45,729 bases of DNA. Source: Thermoproteota archaeon. Lineage in GTDB: Archaea > Thermoproteota > Thermoprotei > Gearchaeales > Gearchaeaceae. The position numbers and the translations under genes are program-made. The stretch spans positions 1 to 45,729 of the forward strand of contig JAVVGF010000006.1 of NCBI GenBank assembly GCA_032249235.1, written 5' to 3'. Below the pieces are notes generated by a model. It did no database searches. It saw nothing but the letters and a program-made list of their open reading frames with translations, and had not been told where the DNA came from. Of the stretch, positions 1-8,334 are shown piece after piece; positions within the stretch are counted from its first letter, which is position 1, and the number at the start of each line of letters is the position of its first letter.

Positions 1-25
1 ATAATTACAATATATAGAAGAAAAG

Positions 26-538
26 TTGATTTCGCCAAAGATCGACAAAAAGGCTTACATAAGAACTAGAATTATAGAAACTTTAGACGATTTAGACATC
101 GCTATAAATATGTGGATAGCAGGTAGAAGCAGGAACTCTGCAAGCAAAGTTTTTAGTGCAGTTAAGGCACTCCTATCTGCATTGGTCACTAAAAACTTAG
201 ATAAGCTATCTTCTGATTGGTATATAAAGAAAGGTTATAATGCTCCAACTCGTTCGCTAAAAGGAATCTCAATAGATTTAGTTAAGTTAGGCTATAAAGA
301 AATCGAGAACATAACAAATATAGCTTTCCTTTTACATGACTATCAATATAATGGATTTGACCCTGATTTTTCTAAATATAAAAATAAGGATGAAGTTTTG
401 CATGATATAATTCTTGTAAGTAAGAGTATTTTAAATGAGATTAAAGAATGGTTCAAAGAGGAATGGGATGATGACCTTGATAAGATATACGAGATTACAT
501 CGTCAGATTTGTTGAAATTAGAGACGAAAAAGCAGTAA
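26..538 (+). CDS. PaREP1 family (HEPN-like) protein
   Basis: TTG start; 'GRSRNSASKVFSAVKALLSAL' and 'LLHDYQYNGFDPD' match the pattern I recall for crenarchaeal PaREP1 proteins. Confidence 0.75.
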   Translation: MISPKIDKKAYIRTRIIETLDDLDIAINMWIAGRSRNSASKVFSAVKALLSALVTKNLDKLSSDWYIKKGYNAPTRSLKGISIDLVKLGYKEIENITNIAFLLHDYQYNGFDPDFSKYKNKDEVLHDIILVSKSILNEIKEWFKEEWDDDLDKIYEITSSDLLKLETKKQ

Positions 539-637
539 AGCAACTTTACTGCTATTTGTTCGATTTAATTTACCCTTTATTCAGTTTTGTTAGTGATTCT
601 TAGAATACATTCAAAAGATTTTAATGAACCTTCAATT

Positions 638-1174
638 TTAGGCGGGAGGAGGTGGAATTAAAGATGGTACTGCTTGCGTTGCTTGTTGCTCGGGTAAAGA
701 AAAGAATGCTATTATCATAAATACTTCTGCGATTAATATTACTATACCGCCAATAAATGCGATTACCAATATTGCACCTATTAGAAATATTAATGCTGCT
801 GTTCTAAAATAATTTATATTGAATAAATCTGCAATCCTATTAAAACCTCTCCTTAAAAATATGGCTCCAATCGTGAGAAAAATACCTGCAACTACTAAAC
901 TTAAGAAGAGACCAGTTCTTATTCTCGTAAATGCATTAACAGGATTCATGAATACTGAGAAAACAGAACCGTAAATTATTACTGTCGATACCAAGCTTCC
1001 TATAATTATGAGTAGCATTGCATATAATACATTCTTATATATTGATTCTTCTTTTGTAACTTCTGAAATATTTTTAGCAGCTATTATAACAAGAACCTCG
1101 CCCACAACAGGAATAATAATCATCAAAATCGATCCAATACCCCCAAATATTTTTGCATCACGAAGCGATGCCAT
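638..1174 (-). CDS. DUF996-like membrane protein
   Basis: 'AKIFGGIGSIL...ISEVTKEESIYKN...FRTAALIFLIGAIL...IIAFFSLPE' with several TM helices and a Pro-rich tail; ATG at 1174 preferred over the upstream start at 1195. Confidence 0.75.
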   Translation of the reverse strand: MASLRDAKIFGGIGSILMIIIPVVGEVLVIIAAKNISEVTKEESIYKNVLYAMLLIIIGSLVSTVIIYGSVFSVFMNPVNAFTRIRTGLFLSLVVAGIFLTIGAIFLRRGFNRIADLFNINYFRTAALIFLIGAILVIAFIGGIVILIAEVFMIIAFFSLPEQQATQAVPSLIPPPPA

Positions 1175-1356
1175 GCTTCTTTTTAATATTAGCACAAAAG
1201 TATATAAATAAACTTAAAATCTTAACGAAATTACTATTTTTCTTGTCAACCAAAAAGGATCACTTTGAACCCTTTTAAATTATATTGGTTATTTGGAAAT
1301 ATACTTCGTAAATTTAATTCTTAAACGATAAATTTTTTGTAGCATATTAATTTTTT

Positions 1357-2262
1357 ATGGTTTTGGATCCTAATAAGATAAATTTAGGTGTAAATATTGA
1401 TCCCCATGTTTATGAACTTGAAGAAATTTTGAGAATAGCTAAGATAGCCGATGCAAGTTCTATCGATATAATTGGTATTCAAGATCATCCATATGTAGGA
1501 TTTTTCTTTGATACATGGACTTTAATCTCGTACTTAGCTTCTCAAACAAGCAAGGTCACATTCATGACAAATGTAGCAAATTTGCCTTTAAGAACACCGC
1601 AAATAATTGCTAAATCTTTTGCAACGCTAGATATTCTTACAAAAGGAAGAATTGAGCTCGGCATAGGAGCTGGCGCAAATTGGGATGCAATTGAAGCTTA
1701 CGGCGGGCCTAGAAGAAGCATAAAGGAAGGAATAGAAGCACTGGAAGAGGGAATAAATATTATAAGAATGTTGTGGGACATCAATGCTAAGACAAAAGTT
1801 GTAAGCTATAACGGAAAATATTACTCTTTAAAAAACGCATATCCAGGACCAAAACCTTTTCATGATATGAAGATAATAATCGGTGCTAATGGTCCTAAAA
1901 TGCTTAATCTTACAGGAAAATTAGGTGATGGATGGTCGATTTCAATGTTTTATTTTCTTCCTGAAGAAGTTAGAGTTAAGAAAAAAATTCTGGAAGAAGC
2001 ATGCAGAAAATATGGAAGAGACTTCAATAAATTGATCAAAATATATAACATTGCTGGTATGATAACTAAAGAAAGGACAGGGATTCAAATAAATGAAGAC
2101 AATTTACTAATAGCAAACCATGAAGAATGGGCTGAATTCATAATTAAACTTCATAAAAAGCTCGGAATGAATACTTTCATATTTTGGCCCACGACAAAGA
2201 ATAAATCAGACCAAGTAAAGATTTTCTCAGAGAAGGTTAAAGGAGTTATTGAATCAAAATAA
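1357..2262 (+). CDS. LLM-class (luciferase-like) flavin/F420-dependent oxidoreductase
   Basis: 'IQDHPY', 'LRTPQIIAKSFATLDILTKGRIELGIGAG', 'IGANGPKMLNLTGKLGDGW'. Confidence 0.9.
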   Translation: MVLDPNKINLGVNIDPHVYELEEILRIAKIADASSIDIIGIQDHPYVGFFFDTWTLISYLASQTSKVTFMTNVANLPLRTPQIIAKSFATLDILTKGRIELGIGAGANWDAIEAYGGPRRSIKEGIEALEEGINIIRMLWDINAKTKVVSYNGKYYSLKNAYPGPKPFHDMKIIIGANGPKMLNLTGKLGDGWSISMFYFLPEEVRVKKKILEEACRKYGRDFNKLIKIYNIAGMITKERTGIQINEDNLLIANHEEWAEFIIKLHKKLGMNTFIFWPTTKNKSDQVKIFSEKVKGVIESK

Positions 2263-2488
2263 AATAAATAAAAAAACATATTGAAATTTTCATATTAGAA
2301 AGGAATTTTTGTATTATAGGAAGTTACAATGGATTTAATTATAAATTTCAGAAAAAGAAATGAGTTTCAATGTTTATTTTTTTATTTGCATATCTTCTAA
2401 ATCCACATTTTCTTCTTTCATCAATCATTTAACTCTACATCCTGATAATTTCTTACTTAAATATTTTGTATCATTCGCTTTCTAACAG

Positions 2489-2530
2489 ATTTGGGATAGA
2501 TTTGGGATGAATTTGGGAAAATCCATATAA
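2489..2530 (+). promoter_or_regulatory. Three ATTTGGGA direct repeats (11-bp period) followed by a TATA-like box; candidate activator site
   Basis: ATTTGGGA at 2489, 2500 and 2511; CATATAA at 2524-2530, about 25 bp upstream of ATG 2555. Confidence 0.7.
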
Positions 2531-2554
2531 GTAGCTTAGAATTTGCCAAAACAA

Positions 2555-3550
2555 ATGGCGCAAAATACATGGAGATTTGTAGGTATAACTTTCATAGTAC
2601 TAACATTAGTTTTCGCCGCATTATTTGGATACTATTATATGCAATATTCTAGTGCAAACATTAATTATAATTCACTATCTAGCAAGTATGAAGCACAAAG
2701 ATCTGCTATGGTCTTAGGTGCAGCTCTTTCGCATTGGAATTTCATTTCTTATGAAAACATGCAAGCATTAATCAATCAATATACTTCAAATGCCACTTTG
2801 AACTGGGTAGGAGGTGCTCTTAATGGCGTTTATAAAGGAAAGTCAGCAATCCAAGAAGTATGGAATAAGTTCTTTAATTTATGGTCTGCAGGTTGGTTTT
2901 CTACCCTTACTTCACCTTTAGTTTCTGTAAACGGTAATAATGCTACTATAAAAGCTTTGGTTCAGTTTACTGTAACACCAGTTAAGTTGCCAAACCAAGT
3001 TCAATATTTGAACATTAATTATACGCTGAATTATATCTACGATAATAATACTTGGTTGATTTATTATGAAGAATGGAGAGTAGCTGGTTTTGGTTTTCTT
3101 AGTGAAAATCAGCAATCTTCATTATTAAATTTAGCTTTAGCGAATGCATTCTCACATTGGAATGCTATATCAATCAAGAACACAACATTAGTTATGCAAC
3201 AATATACAACGAACGCAACATTATTCTGGATCGGTGGTTCTTTAAACGGAACATATACTGGATATAATTCGATAATGGATGTTTGGAACAAATTCTTTAA
3301 TATTTGGGCAGCTATTTGGTTTTATTCTTCATCTCAACCAACAGTAACTATAAATGGAAATACTGTAACTGTTGTTGCTCCGATTCAATTTATTGTTCAG
3401 AGATCATCAAATATGAGCCAATTTTTATTTATAAATGTAGGTTATTCAATAACTTATCAAGTAACAAACTTTGATGCAAGTAAAGGAAAATATACAATGC
3501 AAATTGTTTCAGAAACATTTAAAGTTGAAAAAGTAGGTCAATTATACTAA
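2555..3550 (+). CDS. Membrane-anchored extracellular protein with two tandem NTF2/SnoaL-like domains
   Basis: N-terminal TM helix; internal duplication (SHWNxISxxN...QYTxNATLxWxGGxLNGxYxG...VWNKFFNxW); many N-X-S/T sequons. Confidence 0.7.
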   Translation: MAQNTWRFVGITFIVLTLVFAALFGYYYMQYSSANINYNSLSSKYEAQRSAMVLGAALSHWNFISYENMQALINQYTSNATLNWVGGALNGVYKGKSAIQEVWNKFFNLWSAGWFSTLTSPLVSVNGNNATIKALVQFTVTPVKLPNQVQYLNINYTLNYIYDNNTWLIYYEEWRVAGFGFLSENQQSSLLNLALANAFSHWNAISIKNTTLVMQQYTTNATLFWIGGSLNGTYTGYNSIMDVWNKFFNIWAAIWFYSSSQPTVTINGNTVTVVAPIQFIVQRSSNMSQFLFINVGYSITYQVTNFDASKGKYTMQIVSETFKVEKVGQLY

Positions 3551-3611
3551 ATTGCTTTATTTTTAAAATTATATTTTTTATTTTGATGCATTTTAAATTC
3601 ATAAAGGCTTT

Positions 3612-3905
3612 ATGTATGATGATTATGAGAAAATATGGTTTTGGATATTTATTGGCAGTAGAGGTGGCCCGACTAGGATGAAAATCATGAAGGAAATATT
3701 AAAAAATCCTTTAAATATGCACCAATTAGCAAAGAAACTGAATTTGGATTATAAAACAATCGAGCACCATGTTAGAATTCTTATAGAGAACCACTTAATT
3801 GTCAACCCAAAACCTGAAAAATATGGATCTTTGTTATTTCCCTCATCTATTGCAATCTTAAAACGAAAATATTTAGAGGGATTATTTAAAAACTTAGGTG
3901 AGTGA
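3612..3905 (+). CDS. ArsR-like winged-HTH transcription regulator
   Basis: 'WIFIGSRGGPTRMKI...PLNMHQLAKKLNLDYKTIEHHVRILIENHLI'. Confidence 0.85.
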   Translation: MYDDYEKIWFWIFIGSRGGPTRMKIMKEILKNPLNMHQLAKKLNLDYKTIEHHVRILIENHLIVNPKPEKYGSLLFPSSIAILKRKYLEGLFKNLGE

Positions 3906-4194
3906 AATGATACCTATATTTTGGCCTATAAATATTTCGTTGGCGATGATAAACTTAGTACTATCTGCATGGATATTATCAATTGTTTTGAAGAATAGAA
4001 AATTGATCAAATCGAAAACTACAAACTATTTGTCTGCATTCGCAGGCATGATGGTTTTGGCTAATATATTTGCTATTGCAATATACTTTCACTTTTCTCT
4101 CTATTATGGTCCAGAAATTGCAATTCCCCTAATTCCTTTAAATATGGCAATTTTCTTTTCAATAATATTTCTTATATGGGTTTTGAAAGACTGA
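3898..4194 (+). CDS. Small 3-TM membrane protein coupled to the wHTH gene
   Basis: Overlaps the wHTH stop by 8 nt; three hydrophobic segments. Confidence 0.7.
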   Translation: MSEMIPIFWPINISLAMINLVLSAWILSIVLKNRKLIKSKTTNYLSAFAGMMVLANIFAIAIYFHFSLYYGPEIAIPLIPLNMAIFFSIIFLIWVLKD

Positions 4195-4225
4195 CCTCCT
4201 CACCCCCTAGAAGGGTGAGACTTTC
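4191..4225. mobile_element. Isolated IS200/IS605-family terminal hairpin (remnant)
   Basis: CTGACCTCCTCACCCCCTAGAAGGGTGAGACTTTC: GC-rich stem CTCACCC/GGGTGAG (4199-4205/4213-4219). It resembles the archaeal IS605 end pattern (GACCTCCTCCCCGCCCTRAAGGGCGAGGCTTTC). No tnpA/tnpB nearby. Confidence 0.65.
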
Positions 4226-4281
4226 ATTTGTGTAATTTCAGCTTTTCCTTGAGTCTCAAAGCTCTTTAGATTTTGCAAAAA

Positions 4282-4353
4282 TGGACCGGGAGGGATTCGA
4301 ACCCTCGACCTTCCGCGTGCAAGGCGGATATTCTACCACTGAACTACCGGCCC
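4282..4353 (-). tRNA. tRNA-Ala(UGC), intronless, CCA not encoded
   Basis: GGGCCGG/CCGGTCC acceptor stem with G3:U70; anticodon arm TCCGC-CT TGC AC-GCGGA; GTTCGAATC T-loop. Confidence 0.97.
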
Positions 4354-4383
4354 CTAATTCTTAATTTTTAATAGCTCAATATT

Positions 4384-4839
4384 TTAATTTTCTAGCATTT
4401 CTTTTTTAACTTCTATTATTAGATCTTCTTCTTTTATGAAGCCTAGATTTAACAAGAATAATTGCGCACATGCTGAACCTTTATTTGCAATTGGAATTAA
4501 TATGGAAGGATCTCTAGTCCATACTTGATCAGTATACTTGCCAGTTATCTTGACATTAGGTTCTCCTTTAGAAACTTTTGCTTCATAAAGCATTAAGAAA
4601 ATGTTATAACTAGGTCTTTTTTGAAATATCGAACCGAGAAATGCTATAGGTATTATTTCGCAAGATAATTTCTCTTTAGCTAAACGAAGTAAAGCATTTT
4701 CAGGAAGTTCTGGAGGTTTAAATGATAAAGCAGGCAATCCCCACATATTAGGATGCTCATTTTCATCGCTTCTCCTCTTAACTGCTAAAAATTCTCCTCT
4801 TTCATTTCTTATTACAGCAGCTATTGCATACTTTATCAT
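4384..4839 (-). CDS. NUDIX hydrolase domain protein (divergent Nudix box)
   Basis: 'FLAVKRR...PNMWGLPA...ELPENALLRLAKEKL'. Confidence 0.75.
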   Translation of the reverse strand: MIKYAIAAVIRNERGEFLAVKRRSDENEHPNMWGLPALSFKPPELPENALLRLAKEKLSCEIIPIAFLGSIFQKRPSYNIFLMLYEAKVSKGEPNVKITGKYTDQVWTRDPSILIPIANKGSACAQLFLLNLGFIKEEDLIIEVKKEMLEN

Positions 4840-4871
4840 GTTTTTAAAATAAAAAGAAGATTTAATAAAAG

Positions 4872-4924
4872 GGATGAAGAAGCCGTCCCAGTATGATAAG
4901 TGATTAACTCGCGACGAACTGACC
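4872..4924 (+). ncRNA. C/D-box methylation guide sRNA
   Basis: C box ATGAAGA 4874-4880; 12-nt guide 4881-4892; D' ATGA 4893-4896; C' GTGATTA 4900-4906; 12-nt guide 4907-4918; D box CTGA 4919-4922; terminal GG/CC; GC-rich patch in AT-rich intergenic DNA. Confidence 0.9.
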
Positions 4925-5625
4925 TATCTTACGATGGGATATTTTTCAAGGAAATTCTTTTTCCTCAAGAAGTAATAAAGTCCAATTAAAATCCAAATTA
5001 TTGACCATTTCAAATATCCTTCTTTTTCAAATCTCCTCAGTGAAGCTATCGTTTTGCAATCTTTAGCTAATTTTATCTTAGTTATTCTAGACAATCTCAA
5101 ACCGAAATCAATATCTTCAAAAGCAGTTAAGTCTTCTCTGAAACCATTTATTTTGAAAAAAAGTTCTTTTCTTACAGCAAGCGTAGTCTCGCCTGAGGTA
5201 TGAACTTTTTTTATCTTTGAAGAAAACAAAATGAATAAATTCCATATCATTGTAAATATTCTTGCACGTAAGCTGTTTTCCATTGGCAGAATAAGACCAT
5301 GAACAGCACCTATGCTTTTATCTTTGAAATATGCGCTAACCTTATCTATCCAATCTTTCGCTAATATAACATCTGCATTAACAAAGACTAGTATTTCGCC
5401 TTGTGATGCTTTTGCACCTATATTTTTACCTTGGGATATGTTGCTTTCTTTTATTATTAGTTTATCTACTAAAGGCTTAGCAATTTCTACAGTAGCATCA
5501 TTAGAACAGGCATCAACTAAAACGATTTCCTTAGGTATTTTAGGGTTTTGAATACGAATTGAAATACATGTATTTCGAATATGCTTTTCTTCGTTCTTAG
5601 TGGTTATTATGAAGCTGAATTTCAC
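4924..5625 (-). CDS. Family 2 glycosyltransferase
   Basis: 'SFIITTKNEE', 'VLVDACSNDAT', 'VFVNAD', 'GFREDLTAFEDIDF'. Confidence 0.9.
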   Translation of the reverse strand: MKFSFIITTKNEEKHIRNTCISIRIQNPKIPKEIVLVDACSNDATVEIAKPLVDKLIIKESNISQGKNIGAKASQGEILVFVNADVILAKDWIDKVSAYFKDKSIGAVHGLILPMENSLRARIFTMIWNLFILFSSKIKKVHTSGETTLAVRKELFFKINGFREDLTAFEDIDFGLRLSRITKIKLAKDCKTIASLRRFEKEGYLKWSIIWILIGLYYFLRKKNFLEKYPIVR

Positions 5626-6089
5626 TATCTTTGTATGATTTTATTGACATAGCTGCATTTTGGAAGGATTAGAGCTTTAGGTAAAGTCTTCGGTACAATT
5701 AGTTCTTTTACATTAATTATTTGTTCAACTTTTTCTTTGAACAAATCAGGCGTTACATCATCAGCAAATTCAAGCTTATCAATATTAACTAGAGCTATTT
5801 TCTTTTCGAATGAAATTATATCTTCCTTGCTCAGCGAAAGTTCTCCTATGTTTTTAATCGTTATCAAATCTTCAGAAACGAGTTGTTTAGTGGTTGTAGC
5901 TATTCCTTTAACTAATTGCGCTCCTGTTTCTTTTGCAGCTACATATAATTTCAAGGCTTCTCTTACTACTTCGCTAACCGCTTTACCAGAAGTTTCGGCA
6001 ATATTTTTGAGTGTTTCTTTTATATCTTGGTCGACATTTTTTACTATTATCGTAGCCTTCTCTTCCTTTTGAGTTTTTTCTTCGCTCAT
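5625..6089 (-). CDS. Ribbon-helix-helix domain protein with a C-terminal repeat-like domain
   Basis: 'TIIVKNVDQDIKETLKNIAETSGKAVSEVVREALKLYV' is RHH-like; C-terminus has repeated IxNI/VxxL units. Confidence 0.6.
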   Translation of the reverse strand: MSEEKTQKEEKATIIVKNVDQDIKETLKNIAETSGKAVSEVVREALKLYVAAKETGAQLVKGIATTTKQLVSEDLITIKNIGELSLSKEDIISFEKKIALVNIDKLEFADDVTPDLFKEKVEQIINVKELIVPKTLPKALILPKCSYVNKIIQR

Positions 6090-6099
6090 AAGTTAATTA

Positions 6100-7008
6100 T
6101 TAGTGGTAGTTATATATAAATTTATCTTTATACCAAAATATAAAAGTAACAATAGGATCAAACCACCATGATATATTAGGATAAATTAATGAATTTCGCT
6201 CGGTATCAGCGATCAGAATTTTTTCATCGAAGATAATATCTTGAATCTTCTTTATTCTTATCGCCTGTATAGAATCATTAAGATTTAACGATTTTTCCCC
6301 AACAATATAAATTTTTCTTATATCATTGTTTTCAAGCTTTATTGATTTAATAGCCCGTTCCAATACGCTTGATACCTTACCATGTCTGTCATATAGATGA
6401 AGACGTTCTCCTAATCCATCAACTGTCAAAGCTAAATCTGCATTATAAGCTTTTAATAGTTCTTCGCTTAAATGAAGACTTTCTTCAAAACTGATATTAA
6501 CAGTTTGAAATTCACTGCTATTCAATGTAGTAACTCTTTTTGAAATCTTCCTTGCTAGATAAGGTAAGATTTTTGATAATGAAGAGAAATTTAAATTTAA
6601 TACAATATGATCAATTTTTATTTTTTCTTCGAACAATTTTGTAATTTTATTTCTATATATATTTAAAATATCAAAATTAATTATATTACCGATTTCTTTC
6701 CATTCTTTTATTTTATAGTTTTTATCAATAAAGTCATCAAACAAAGGAATACCTTTATGATTAAAAATTAAATATTTAACTATATTGTTCTCTTGATAAA
6801 AAAATACTCCTATTTCTGAGTCAATGTTATCTATTGCTGAGCTTAGTATTGAAGCCGTGCATATACCGCAATCTATTACGTCTATTCCTAATGCAAGCAA
6901 ATTACTTTCTAATAGATTTGCGTAAGGATAAACAAGATTGCTGCCAGCATTAGCTATCGCAACTCTCTTAGGTTTATAATAATAAATTTTTCCTAGTAAT
7001 TCCTCCAT
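6100..7008 (-). CDS. Degenerate phosphohexomutase (PMM/PGM)-like protein
   Basis: 'LGIDVIDCGICT' and 'ADLALTVDGLGERL' recall PMM domains 1-2, but there is no TASHN phosphoserine motif and the DxDxDR loop is altered. Confidence 0.6.
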   Translation of the reverse strand: MEELLGKIYYYKPKRVAIANAGSNLVYPYANLLESNLLALGIDVIDCGICTASILSSAIDNIDSEIGVFFYQENNIVKYLIFNHKGIPLFDDFIDKNYKIKEWKEIGNIINFDILNIYRNKITKLFEEKIKIDHIVLNLNFSSLSKILPYLARKISKRVTTLNSSEFQTVNISFEESLHLSEELLKAYNADLALTVDGLGERLHLYDRHGKVSSVLERAIKSIKLENNDIRKIYIVGEKSLNLNDSIQAIRIKKIQDIIFDEKILIADTERNSLIYPNISWWFDPIVTFIFWYKDKFIYNYH

Positions 7009-7880
7009 TTTTCGTAATAAGAACGGAATATCGAAGAAACATCTAAGTAAGCTGCTGGATTAGGAATTGAATTAGAACAAATTATTTTCTTAATTGATTC
7101 TAAGCTTCTCAATTTATCCCATGAATTAGCTACGAATAAACCATGTGTAGCTACTACATATATGTCTTTTGCACCCTCATTCTTTAGCATCTTCGCAGCT
7201 TCTATTATCGTTGAACCTGTGCTTATCATGTCATCTACAAGTATGATGTTTTTATTTTTAACATCGACGCTACATTTTTTAACCTCAACTTCAGAATCGC
7301 CTAATCTTTTTTTCTCTATAAATCCACTTTCTAATCCTAATTGTTTAGCTAGCAACGTAGCGAGCTCGTATGCATCATCATCAGGACCTATTGCTATGAA
7401 GTTTTCGTTATTCGCAAATTCTTTGAAGAACGAGCAAAAATATGGAGCAAGTTTAACGTTCATAATATTCAAATTTTCTATCTTAGGTATTCCTGCATGG
7501 AAATGAGCATCAAAAGTTAACACGCTACTTATGCCTGAATCTCTAATCATTTTAAGTGTGATTATTTGACTTATCGCTTCTCCTTCTTTATATCTTCTAT
7601 CTTGTCTAGTATATGCTAAGTAAGGTATGAAAGCAAATATTTTCTTAGCACCTAGATCTTTAGCATTATGAGAAGCGAAAAATAGCTCGATTAGCTTTTT
7701 ATCAGGCTCTTTATAAATACTTTGTACTATTACAACTTCTTCATGTATTTGGAATGGAAATCTTAAGTATAGTTCGTTATCTGGAAAATATTTTATTTCT
7801 GCAGTGAATACATTAGGAAAGATTTGTTTTAAATTATCGAGGAGATGATGAGCTCCTGATAGCACTATTAATTGCATCAT
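6993..7880 (-). CDS. prs: Ribose-phosphate pyrophosphokinase
   Basis: 'FPDNELY', 'IPYLAYTRQDR', 'ILVDDMISTGST', 'ATHGLF'. Confidence 0.95.
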   Translation of the reverse strand: MMQLIVLSGAHHLLDNLKQIFPNVFTAEIKYFPDNELYLRFPFQIHEEVVIVQSIYKEPDKKLIELFFASHNAKDLGAKKIFAFIPYLAYTRQDRRYKEGEAISQIITLKMIRDSGISSVLTFDAHFHAGIPKIENLNIMNVKLAPYFCSFFKEFANNENFIAIGPDDDAYELATLLAKQLGLESGFIEKKRLGDSEVEVKKCSVDVKNKNIILVDDMISTGSTIIEAAKMLKNEGAKDIYVVATHGLFVANSWDKLRSLESIKKIICSNSIPNPAAYLDVSSIFRSYYEKWRNY

Positions 7881-7913
7881 ATAATGAATAATTAATTTGT
7901 AGCTTAATCTACT

Positions 7914-8312
7914 TTACTTAACAGGTTTATAGAAAACGCATTGAAGATTTTCTCTAAGTTTTTGCCATATCATATTCAAAGGACTTTCATTTTCAGAATT
8001 GAAACCAAATATTTTTGCCTCATTAGGAGTTATAGCTATATAGTGTTCAACATCAAACTTTAAGAGAGGATCTTTCTCAAAAATTATCTTAAAGGATATT
8101 TTATTGCTTAGCAGAATAGGAATCAATTCTGAAATGATTTTAATCCTTTTCTTGTCAATCTTAGACTTTTTACCTCTAATCAAAGATTTGACATCGCTTA
8201 CGTCTGTCTTTGATATTCCTTTATATTCACTAACAATGATTTTATCTCCTTCTACTTTAACCTCTACGCTTTTCGATTTTTCAATATAATTCATTATTTC
8301 TTGCAATGACAT
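7914..8312 (-). CDS. Hypothetical protein
   Basis: 132-aa ORF within a co-directional run; normal composition. Confidence 0.6.
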   Translation of the reverse strand: MSLQEIMNYIEKSKSVEVKVEGDKIIVSEYKGISKTDVSDVKSLIRGKKSKIDKKRIKIISELIPILLSNKISFKIIFEKDPLLKFDVEHYIAITPNEAKIFGFNSENESPLNMIWQKLRENLQCVFYKPVK

Positions 8313-8334
8313 CGAAAAAGGATATGATTTATTA

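Noticed and set aside
2263-2480. Long intergenic stretch as a gene remnant or sRNA
   Set aside because: Only very short ORFs; no C/D boxes or stable stem recognised
2489-2518. ATTTGGGA repeats as CRISPR or microsatellite
   Set aside because: Only 8 bp with 3-bp spacers; no CRISPR array or cas genes anywhere in the window
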